From assembly GCF_964355755.1 (NCBI RefSeq), contig NC_092680.1:21957045-22021044 (forward strand): DNA of 64,000 nucleotides, written 5' to 3'. The DNA is from Antedon mediterranea (Eukaryota > Animalia > Echinodermata). Positions 15,001 to 47,579 of this stretch are shown here, piece by piece. Positions within the stretch are counted from its first letter, which is position 1. Every line of letters begins with the position of its first letter. Below the pieces are notes generated by a model, which saw only the letters and a list, made by a program, of their open reading frames with translations, was not told where the DNA came from and searched no databases. A program made the position numbers and the translations under genes.

Positions 15001-15457
15001 ATTATTCAAGATGAAGTAAGTAGAAGGTTTCATCCTGTGTAATGTTTGTGTATTATTCAAGATGAAGTAAGTAGAAGGTTTCATCCTGTGTAATGTTTGT
15101 GTATTATTCAAGATGAAGTAAGTAGAAGGTTTCATCCTGTGTAATGTTTGTGTTAGCACCATGCATTTAAAGCTCTGTCTACACTATTACACTTTATGTG
15201 AAAACAAAATGTGATGTTCCCATATATGGATATGATGTCTTATCACCACCATATTTTGGGCACATCACATTTTTTTAGTCAAACTAATTTGATAGTGTGG
15301 ACAGAGCCCCCTATTACAAAACAAAAGTTAATTGAACAATTCCAAATCACTGTTATAAATAAGTTTGTTAAATTTATGTATTTTCAATTAATTTCAGAAA
15401 CGCCAGGAATTGATGCAAGTGAAAAGATCATTGCAGTCACTTTTTACGACATTGTGA
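1..15457 (+). CDS. SYCP2/SYCP2L-like synaptonemal complex axial element protein, 5'-truncated, multi-exon
   Basis: Phase-consistent exons <1-1372, 1789-1856, 2204-2240, 2454-3044, 4443-4577, 6579-6728 (GC donor), 6955-7210, 7586-7737, 7976-8067, 8318-8467, 8809-8956, 15398-15457 (TGA). A long charged, disordered region with a PKKLF motif is followed by a C-terminal coiled coil ending ...EINELKNKIIQDE|KRQELMQVKRSLQSLFTTL*, which resembles the SYCP2/SYCP3 (Cor1) C-terminus. Exon model is solid; identity is from recalled similarity. Confidence 0.65.
136..723 (+). repeat. Coding tandem repeat, 120 bp (40 aa) x ~5, in the SYCP2-like exon
   Basis: EIEVLSDGHTDEVHHLEERNEMNNSNRRNKKQRKKNMH repeated in frame. 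Confidence 0.95.
884..990 (+). repeat. Coding tandem repeat, 27 bp (QMHTVADYN) x4
   Basis: caaatgcatacggttgcagattacaac repeated. Confidence 0.95.
1424..1566. mobile_element. ~145-bp MITE (AGCTTGGTTCCCACTAG TIR family, Harbinger-like), copy 1
   Basis: agcttgattcccactag ... ctagggaaccaagc; homologous to 7753-7897. Confidence 0.7.
3067..3569. mobile_element. Foldback non-autonomous DNA transposon with TAC...GTA termini and 6-bp TSD (IS3EU-like)
   Basis: Long (~170 bp) TIRs starting TACGAAAGCCCATTAATGCC; CAGATT at 3061-3066 and 3570-3575; internal 21-bp repeats in both orientations. Confidence 0.85.
3630..4345. mobile_element. Non-autonomous TIR element (PIF/Harbinger- or ISL2EU-like)
   Basis: Imperfect TIRs gggcctgttcgtaggggttgaaaata / tattttaaccaccgtacgaacacgacc; ATA on both flanks; CpG-rich interior. 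Confidence 0.6.
4667..6545 (-). mobile_element. Non-autonomous Helitron with an internal ~550-bp tandem duplication
   Basis: On the minus strand it begins TC(TATATATA) after a host A and ends CTAG before a host T; terminal hairpin CTAGATGGTACGC-n11-GCGTACCATCTAG; no TSD; ~4686-5236 duplicated at ~5237-5787. Confidence 0.8.
7753..7897. mobile_element. ~145-bp MITE (AGCTTGGTTCCCACTAG family), copy 2
   Basis: Homologous to 1424-1566. Confidence 0.7.
8480..8652 (-). mobile_element. Short MITE, AGCTCTGTCTACACTA family, degenerate copy
   Basis: Shared core (gcacatcacat, gtagtgatatga) and terminus tagacagagct with copies at 15171, 15809, 27017 and 28882. Confidence 0.6.
8942..11040 (+). repeat. 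51-bp minisatellite, left arm (~41 copies); each unit is the last 15 nt of the exon plus the donor GTAAGT
   Basis: attattcaagatgaa|gtaagtagaaggtttcatcctgtgtaatgtttgtgt; no variant units seen. Confidence 0.97.
11041..12657. mobile_element. 1.6-kb non-autonomous DNA transposon with 16-bp TIR and 5-bp TSD (hAT5-like), inserted in the minisatellite
   Basis: CTGGGGCGGATCCAGA ... TCTGGATCCGCCCCAG; ATTCA at 11036-11040 and 12658-12662. Confidence 0.88.
12658..15153 (+). repeat. 51-bp minisatellite, right arm (~49 copies)
   Basis: Same unit as 8942-11040. Confidence 0.97.
15171..15307. mobile_element. Short MITE, AGCTCTGTCTACACTA family
   Basis: agctctgtctacacta ... tagtgtggacagagc. Confidence 0.7.
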
Positions 15458-15808
15458 AGGACAGGTGGTCGAGGACAATAACTTGTATGTAAATGAGTTG
15501 CTTTTGATACTGTTTAAAAATATATGCAATAATATCGCTATCTACTGCAATATGTAATATATATGAAATTATTATTAAATTTATAGAAAATTATTTTATT
15601 TTGAAAAAAGATATTTATGATAATTTTGAACATTCCTGTTAATTAGCAGTTGAATTGTTGAGTTATTTAATGTTATTTAAGATAAAACTATTGTTATAAC
15701 TGTTTTTGGAGAAAAATAAATGCGTTACCAAAAAATTACTATGCATACCGATTTTTATTGTATTTATCTGAAAACTATGCACGCAATTAATAATAGTAAA
15801 CACTTTTA

Positions 15809-15926
15809 AGCTCTGTCTGCACTAATTAGACACTGACAAAAAAGTAAGGTGTGCCTAAATATGGTAGTGATCTCTTATACATGGGCACATCACATGTTTT
15901 TGTTGCATACAGTTTGATAGTGTAGA
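15809..15926. mobile_element. Short MITE, AGCTCTGTCTACACTA family, degenerate
   Basis: agctctgtctgcacta ... tttgatagtgtaga. Confidence 0.55.
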
Positions 15927-16724
15927 TTCTGGTATACAGTATGCATTGTTATGTAATCCCAAAATATAAGAAATGCTTGATAAACATTGAAACATAGCTG
16001 AATACAATGCCAACAATTACAAATGTTTGTTTCAGAATTAAAACATTTAATGCATATTTATATTTTATTTTCTTTCTACAACTGAATACATTTCTAGGTT
16101 ATGAATATTATGATAATCTACTGTTGTTCTCACTCAATACAAAAACACAGGTATATTACATATTATAGGGTAACTACTGCATCACTGTACATGCCATTTA
16201 CATAGCACACATAGTGTTATTGTATATTAATTCTAAAATTACTGTTGCTGCGGATTTTATCACGATAGTTCTCTAAAATCAACCTTAGCCATTTTCATTG
16301 CAATTTGCATATTCAAAGTTAAAAAAATCTCTTGGTTTGGGAACACATTACAGTAAAAACAGGTTGACCATGAAAAGACCAAATTAAAAGTGTTGGTGCA
16401 GCTGGCCTTCAGAGCTAGACAGCGTGTTTCATTGTTCAGATGTAAAGGGTGAATATTCACAGTATCTTTCATAATTTTCAGATAGTAGAGCCATATACCA
16501 ACATCTTAGGTAACCAGTAAAATGTATGATCCAAATATAGATAATGCTATCATCAGCAGCGATATTCTTATAGTTATCATATGGGTTAGATTGTTTTCTT
16601 TGGATTGCCCGGGCAATTTACATTTTTCCTGAACTGTAAATGTGTCTGTCTGTTTAGAGGGCTGGAACTCAGCACTGGCCTACAAGGCAATACAAGTTAC
16701 ACCACCAAGTCATGTGACGAGTCT

Positions 16725-18613
16725 TCACATGAAATCGTCTGAAGCGTCCGAATCAACATCTTGATTCGACGTCATTTTATCACTTGTCATTAAAGATGAA
16801 TAACTCCTGAAATTAAAATTACATAAATGTTGAAGCAACAATAATGACTGTACTTTCTAATTAGTAAATTGATGACTTTGTATTATTTTACCTTAATTCT
16901 GCTTCCTCTTTACGTTGTACTGCTGCAGACTTTTCCTTTTCCCTTTCTTCTTGCACTTTCCGCCTACTTTCTTTTCGTTCTTCTTGATCTCGTTTTTCTT
17001 TTTCAGCTCTGAGGTCTGGAAATTTCTCTTCTTTTGTTCTGTTGAGTCTATTTACTATTTCATTTTTCTTTTTTTCAACTTTGATTGATTTAACCTTTTA
17101 TTTGAGAAAAGAGATAATATAATTAGTAAGATCAAATTTAGTTTAAACATAAGTTAACGAACACAGTATAAGTTGCTTATTTAAACTGACTGTGATATCT
17201 TACATCTTTTCCTCTGTGGAAACCTATTTGTCCGACGTCCATATCACCAGTTTTCTTCAGGTTTGCCCAAGGTGTGTACACTATATTGATATTGTTCATC
17301 TTGCACCCTTAAAAAAGGAAAGTTAATTAATTTTGGAAAATTTAATTCAATAATAATTTTATTTTTCTATCAATGATTCTTTTGACATTTGCAATAATTA
17401 TAATTTTGTATTTAAAGTTAATTACCACCAGACCTAAATTTTGGTTGTCTCAATAAAAAAGTATTACAAATTTGGCAGAAACATACTGTCCAGCAGTAAT
17501 GACAGCCTCTTTACACTGTAATTCAAAAATATGAACAGAGTATTTTTATTTAGCACTATACTAATAGTTCATATTACAACTGTATATAAAAATGATAATC
17601 CAAAGTTCACCAGTATTTACCTTGTATACTGTTGGCTTTGACTAGCTGAGCACAGTCTTCTAGGACAGCAGCTGGAATGTCATCAATTGTTTGATGCTTT
17701 GGTAACCGAAGATAGACATGAGCTGATGATAGTTTATCAACATGAAACCTAAAACACAATGAATTTATTACTTATAATTCATAATAAATTCAACTTTTTT
17801 TACAACAATATTTGCATGTTAAGATAACTCACCACACATCTTCTGGGAATCCAAATTTGATTAAACCTTCATCTAAAAATAAATTAAAAAACAGACTACA
17901 CTGCTAGTTATAAAGTTAGTTATTATAATATTTTATATTAAATTATTTAAATGTAATAAATAATTTAGGCCAATAATACTATTTATAAATTAAAATTTTA
18001 CTGAGAATACCTATAGATTAAAACAACACTTTTCACTCACTTTCATGTTTATCCAAACCCATGTATATACAATAGGGAGGTGAAACAACTGAAAAATAAG
18101 AACAATAATTAAATACAGTACTAATTTTAGGCCTATAATATTATTAATAAGGCCTGCCTAGCTACTGTAGGGCTAGTATCCTTGTCCAACTAACTAAGTC
18201 ATAAATTATAAACATTTCTACTAGACTAGGCTACTACTACTCTAGGCCTGCCTAGCTACTGTAGGGCTAGTATCCTTGTCCAACTAACTAAGTCATAAAT
18301 TATAAACATTTCTACTAGACTAGGCTACTACTACTCTAGGCCGGCCTACTTAATAACTTTCATATAGCCTCCTGTATTTGAACCATATAATAAATATCAT
18401 TGGCCCGGGCATATAGCTAGGGGCCCTAGTTAGCCTAGGCCTGGCCCTCTAGCTAGTAGTAGTAGGCCTCTACTAGGCCTAGTAGGCTAGGCCTACCTAT
18501 CCTATTAATATTATTAATATTATATTAAATAATGTTGTTAAATGATAAATTTAGCGTAATTCAACTTAACTTATGCTACTTTACATACCATCACTGATAT
18601 AGTAGAATACCAT
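16725..18613 (-). CDS. CCDC25: Coiled-coil domain-containing protein 25 (7 exons)
   Basis: Spliced translation MVFYYISD|[16 protein letters not shown]|[14 protein letters not shown]|[15 protein letters not shown]...LVKANSIQG|[30 protein letters not shown]...DFM* matches CCDC25; canonical GT-AG sites. Confidence 0.95.
18151..18338. repeat. 94-bp tandem duplication in CCDC25 intron 1
   Basis: ggcctgcctagctactgtagggctagtatcc... occurs twice. Confidence 0.9.
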
Positions 18614-19321
18614 GTCGAATAGCCACCGTTATTCAATTTTTATTTATCAATGGACTTGGCTGCTAAGCCCACCCGCAAAACAATAACAAGGTAGGCCTTT
18701 CCCCCTCTTCCTGCTGCCACCGCCTGCAGAAGCTGCTTGCAGCCGCCGATCTGATGTCTCATACGCCGTCTTCGAAACGCGACACGCTGGCCTCACGCTG
18801 GAGAGAGGATCGGATGGCACCCACATGAAACTTAACGCCCTCTCTAAACTATTAGACTTCGAACAGTCGTCAAGTATGACTCACAATTGTTTTATTATCA
18901 AGGCCGGTCGTAAACGCTACAGTAAAGAGACTACACCCAATATCCTACTAATCCTACGCACCAATCATAACAGCATGGCCGTCATGCTGCTCTGTCCATC
19001 TTTTTAGAACACTCAAATTGAATCTGCTGAAGAATTAATCAACTTATATATTTCAAGCTATCCAACCAAATCTACCATCCTTTAAAAACAACGGAAGACA
19101 TACGTCGTACTGCAGACTTGGTTAGTGAATCCGTAATAAAGAAAAACAGTTTTCTGGTGGACACCACATGTTATTCTACTCATGAACTTGGATTACAAAT
19201 AGTGACGTAATAAGTGGAAAACGCGCGAAATTGAAACATCAACAACAAACACTTCGTACACACAGAGTACGGCCGCACAGGATACGAAGCCAGCTCTGCA
19301 ACCTGTGTGAAGTAGGTCACG
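18614..19321. promoter_or_regulatory. Divergent CCDC25/CAD promoter region with CRE-like and E2F/CHR-like motifs
   Basis: Start codons ~710 bp apart head-to-head; TGACGTAA at 19203; AAAACGCGCGAAATTGAA at 19218-19235. Confidence 0.6.
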
Positions 19322-42239
<22,918 letters not shown>

Positions 42240-43121
42240 CCACAAATCTTTACATATACTGGTCAATCAAGCTGAGTGTGGCATGTATGTCAGAATGGCT
42301 CTATTGGCACTGGTCCTGGGAAAGTGCTAGCCACAAATCTTTACATATACTGGTCAATCAAGCTGAGTGTGGCATGTATGTCAGAATGGCTCTATTGGCA
42401 CTGGTCCTGGGAAAGTGCTAGCCACAAATCTTTACATATACTGGTCAATCAAGCTGAGTGTGGCATGTATGTCAGAATGGCTCTATTGGCACTGGTCCTG
42501 GGAAAGTGCTAGCCACAAATCTTTACATATACTGGTCAATCAAGCTGAGTGTGGCATGTATGTCAGAATGGCTCTATTGGCACTGGTCCTGGGAAAGTGC
42601 TAGCCACAAATCTTTACATATACTGGTCAATCAAGCTGAGTGTGGCATGTATGTCAGAATGGCTCTATTGGCACTGGTCCTGGGAAAGTGCTAGCCAGAA
42701 ATCTTTACATATACTGGTCAATTATCGAATGGCATTATGGGGACTGGCCAAATGCTTGCCATTGACCTTTTTCAATTTATCTAGGCCTAAGAATACATTT
42801 TGAGTACAGACCAAATAACTTAATATTTTGAGTGTCTTAAAATACTGTAAGTGTAATACATTCCTAAATATACTTAAAGTTTGTATACATTATCAACAGC
42901 AGTAAAATTGGTTAAGAAAATGAATTAAAGTAAATAATTATGGAATTCGCACAAGCCGCACAACAGTAGTTCATAAGAAATATACTGTCAAATGTATTAT
43001 CAATTTTTCGTAACAAAAGTTATATATTTACGCACATTGAAATATGAGAAATAAAAGATAATACAGTACTAGCTTGTACAGTGGCGTGTTGTTTTCATTT
43101 ATATGTATCAATGAAAATTAA

Positions 43122-43669
43122 AGATGTATTGTCCCTTTGACTAATTCCCAAAAAATAAAAAATAAAAGATTTTGAAAAAAGGTGGCTCATTTTGAAGTAT
43201 CATAATAATTATTAACTATCACCAAAAAATTTTCGAAAAAAAAAATCATTTAACTGAAATACAGACGTTGTTTTTGTTAAAAAAATAACTTTGACTTCCA
43301 GTCAAAGTTTTCGATAAAAACATATCCCATAATGAAACGCGCTTGTTAGGCTACTCTGTATCCATAATAATAAAACTTCCTTATGATCCGTGTGAAAATA
43401 CCTTCTGAACCGTGACAAGTTGTAAACAATCCTAATTAACGTATGCATAATGCGTACTCATGGTTTGAAATCTTTGTTTACTTTCGCTTGCGATGATTTT
43501 CCAGATGAAATGTAATCAAACTAATTTACCTGTTAATTACGTAAACTTATTGTTTTTAGCTCGAATTTTCGACTTAAAGTAAATAACTTTAATATTACTT
43601 TGATATGGCAACTTTAAATTTAGAATATTTTGACCTTCATTTTTTTGTGTTTCAAGGGACAATACATCT
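43122..43669. mobile_element. Second Kolobok-like MITE family (548 bp)
   Basis: TTAA|AGATGTATTGTCCC ... GGGACAATACATCT|TTAA. Confidence 0.85.
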
Positions 43670-43673
43670 TTAA

Positions 43674-44299
43674 AGCCCCATTCCCTACGTTTTTTAGATC
43701 TAATTTAAGATCACAAACTATATTTAATGTAAAAATAATACTATATGGTCCTATTGCGATAACTTTTTTCGTCTTTAAACGGTTAAAAATGTGAAAAATA
43801 AGTCAATTCTAATAATTATAGCGGCCCGCTATAAATCCCAAAATGCATTGCGCGCGGATTGATATTTTTGTTTTTCACCTGTAATTCGCCCATTTTTCGA
43901 TCGATTGTGAGGCCAAAACAAATGGAAGACTCCTAACTTTTCAGCGGAAATACCGAGTTTTCCCCAATTTGTATCAACGGAGTCTGGCAAAAATAGAAAG
44001 ACAATTAATGCAGCAACTATACAACGTCAGGCTAGGTATATAGGTAGCGTACGATGTTCGTACGTTACCGATGTTTAACAGCTAGGCCTACAAAACTAAG
44101 CCTAGCTAGGCTAGGCCTAAGACCGTCCACGAGAGGTTGATCGCCGCGAGCTACTTAGGTAGTGCATTGTTTCTCACTTTTTATCATAATTTACCATAAA
44201 ACGTACATTTAAGACAAGGAATGACATGGTTTAATATTTTTAAAGTGATATATATGTATTATTTTCCAAAAAACGTCCAAAATTGCAGGGAAGGGGTCT
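43674..44299. mobile_element. Kolobok-like MITE, copy 3, sharing a TTAA with the preceding element
   Basis: ...catct TTAA agccccattccc...; slightly more diverged than copies 1 and 2. Confidence 0.88.
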
Positions 44300-44379
44300 T
44301 TAAACAATGATCAATCATTGTTGGTCATTCTTCAGTCTGTTTTTCACCGGGGAATTATTTCTTGAATAATAATATGGCC

Positions 44380-44600
44380 AAAATCCGATTATCGCCCTCT
44401 GATGTTTTGATTGACGTTACCACCGCTGAGCGCGCCGCTGGATGATGCTGCCTGCCGAAAAGAAGAAAAACGCGCGAACGCCAACGTTCCCAAAATAGAG
44501 GGGGCGTGCTTGATCTATTGGCTTTTTTTGGGTAGGAGGTGGATGGATGGTGGATGAATTGAATTCCCGCATGTGGACTTTGGAAAGAGCCGTTAAAAAG
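44380..44600 (+). promoter_or_regulatory. Putative SMC6 promoter and non-coding first exon
   Basis: CpG-rich patch with TGACGT (44412), AAAACGCGCGAA (44467-44478), GGGGCGTG, ATTGG and TTCCCGC; the SMC6 ATG lies only 6 nt after an acceptor (47573), which implies an upstream non-coding exon. Confidence 0.5.
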
Positions 44601-44780
44601 TACTATTTTTTTGTGGTGTTATGCCTAATGCTTGTTTCAATTATAGATTTAACTATTTAAAAATCAGTACATAGCATTGGTACCATAATATAAGGCTAGA
44701 GGTGTGCTGTTTTAGGCCTGTCTAGCTAGGCCCTAGCTAGCCTAGCTAGCCAGGCCTAGAAAGGCCGGCGCTAGGCTAGG

Positions 44781-47238
44781 GGTGCCTGATCATTTCGGCC
44801 GCCGGTTATGGAATTGCCAAATTCATGAAGCGCCAAAAAGGACAAAATATGTATTGTTCATTTCGGCCGCCGGAATTGTAATATGTATGACACGCCACGT
44901 GTGTTAAAATGTTAATAGTTTACTGATAGTGGATACCTGTATTATTAATTTCAAATCGACGGTCTTCAATTCCAGAAACAGCAGCGATATTTCTGGCGTG
45001 CACATTGCCATCATTACAGTGAATATTAATGATATTTTCAGCAAACGTTGCACTCTAGGCCTACATTTATAATGTAAGAATGTTTATTAAACCTAATTAA
45101 TACTGTTTTTTTCCTCAATTTATTTACAGATGCCAAGAAGTAATGGTTGTTTTTTTTAAATAAAGTGGTTTTTGGGTTTTTGTTTTATCTTGCAAATTGT
45201 ATTATTTAAATGTCGGAAATTAATTTAGATATTTTTAAATTATTTACCAGTATTATTACTTTATTATTTATATTGATAATGATAAACAACTTAGAACATT
45301 CTTTCTGTGCCGCGCCTATCAATCTAATCTTTTTGCTGTTTTACGATATACGATCCATACGTTAGGTATAGCCTCCCTCACTGTCGAACAGATACCGGTA
45401 ACTTTTATTACAATACAATACAATTGAAAAAAATGGGAAATATAGTGGTTATGAGCCTCGTTTGGCGTATGTATAATAATAATATGCAGAAATAAGAAAA
45501 GTATAATACGCATACGATATAGAATATAGTGGACAAATCAAAACATTAAACATTAAAGTATAATACGCATACGATATAGAATATAGTGGACAAATCAAAA
45601 CATTAAAGTATAATACGCATACGATATAGAATATAGTGGACAAATCAAAACATTAAACATTAAAGTATAATACGCATACGATATAGAATATAGTGGACAA
45701 ATTTAAACATTAAAGTATAATAAGCATACGATATAGAATATAGTGGACAAATCAAAACATTAAACATTAAAGTATAATACGCATACGATATAGAATATAG
45801 TGGACAAATCAAAACATTAAACATTAAAGTATAATACGCATACGATATAGAATATAGTGGACAAATCAAAACATTAAACATTAAAGTATAATATGCATAC
45901 GATATAGAATATAGTGGACAAATCAAAACATTAAAACTAACTGTGTCTCTTATAAATACTTGGTATTTATCAGCTACTTGTTGTGAATGATTACGGTAAG
46001 ACACTAGCCTAAATTAAGCATTATACATTCCAACTGTTAAGACTCTTTCGCCAGCGAGATTGCCCGCTTTTTCATTTGCCGACTGATACGTAGCCCTATT
46101 ACCAGTTTTACTTTAAAATACATAGCTTTTATTTTATATAGAAAAAACGTCGCCATTTAAATTAAATGGGAATCCCGGATTTTTTAGTTTTAGCGGACGC
46201 GCATGCGTGGCACACGTGCAGCTCAATACGGCCGTCGTTTCCGCAGCCAAAACAAAATATCGGTTAATGTTTCAACCAATAAAAGTGCGCATGATCAGTA
46301 ATTACCAAACAACCAGATGCCCAATCACATTGCAACAATTTGTCCTTCACGTCAAAGAGTAAAAATTATCGCCTTTATCCGATAATTATCCGATTTGAAT
46401 GAGAAAAAAAAAAATTTCCGCGTAATTGATCGAACCCTCTTCCTTCCTTGGATATTTTGACAAACAAAAAACAATGCATTGTGCGTCATCGCATGTTTAT
46501 TGAAATTTAATATAATTATATAAAAAAAAGATAGTTTAGACTGTTTAGAGTCGGATTTTTTTAGCCAGCCTTTATTTTAAAAAAAAGAATTTTATGATGA
46601 AATGCGTCCGACAATGACAAAGAAAATTCCCATCAGATATGTAGGGTTATCGTTATCGGCGGTTTCAAAGATCATTTGTGTGTACTAAGGTATTAAAACC
46701 AAGACAATAATGTTTGTAAAACTCATCCTAGTAGGGCATTTTGTTGAGAAATTATAAATAAATCTTCCCTATCGCAAAGCTTTCATTTGTTTTTAATAAG
46801 AAAGAGGTGCTGCTGAAGTTTTTTTATGTGCCAGTCAAAAACACTTTTATTTGTATGTTTTACAGTACATTTATAATATATTCATAAAGAAATATATTTT
46901 TACAAAGCACACGCATCTTCGGGACCTGTAAAAATAAATAAACATTTAATCAATATTCATATATTCAGACGGTAAAATAATATAAAAAATGTATTTAGCC
47001 CATCGCACAACTGATCTCTGATTTAAATGACCATGTAGTTCTCTGTGGCGTTCCATAGACTTGGTAACATTATTTTTCACTGTAATACTGTACAGTTATT
47101 ATTGGCTATTTCAATTTAGTGCGCCATACCTGGCGGCCGAAATGATCATGCCATATTTTGTCCTTTTTGGAGTTTTATGAATTTGGTCGTTCAATAACCG
47201 GCGGCCGAAATGATTGCCGTCCGAAATGCACTGTAACC
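44781..47238. mobile_element. 2.46-kb non-autonomous TIR DNA transposon (superfamily unassigned) in the presumed SMC6 5'-UTR intron
   Basis: ~90-bp imperfect TIRs carrying repeated CATTTCGGCCGCC / GGCGGCCGAAATG motifs; only an imperfect TSD (aggctagg / ggcctagg). Confidence 0.7.
45498..45935. repeat. 57-bp minisatellite x ~8 inside the TIR element
   Basis: aaagtataatacgcatacgatatagaatatagtggacaaatcaaaacattaaacatt. Confidence 0.92.
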
Positions 47239-47579
47239 GGCCTAGGATGGCTAGCCTGCTCTAGCTAGAGTCTAGACTAGGCCTATAATTAATAATAATA
47301 TTAGCGGGTTGTGCCTAGCCAGCAGCAGGTTTAGTTTAGTAGTTAGCTAGTGATGGCCAACATTTAGTAGAGGGGTAGTTATTAAATAGTAGGCCCAGTT
47401 AGAGTTTTGCTGTATTACTGTTTAGTATTAGAGACTTAATGTGAATGAGAGTGCCAATTATTATTTATTAATCCACTTCCTTCATTTTACATTTATATGA
47501 TCCATTTTCTACTAGGCCTAGCCTATTATCAATATTAAACATATGCTTTCTTTTGTTTTACATTACTAAACAGATAAAA

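Noticed and set aside
8942-15153. CRISPR-like appearance of the regular 34-56 bp arrays
   Set aside because: Units are contiguous with no unique spacers, there are no cas genes, and the context is eukaryotic introns.
8897-15162. 720-aa and 850-aa minus-strand ORFs (TQTLHRMKPSTYFILNN)n
   Set aside because: Stop-free frame of a 51-bp (3n) intronic minisatellite, antisense to the host gene; no sign of a real gene.
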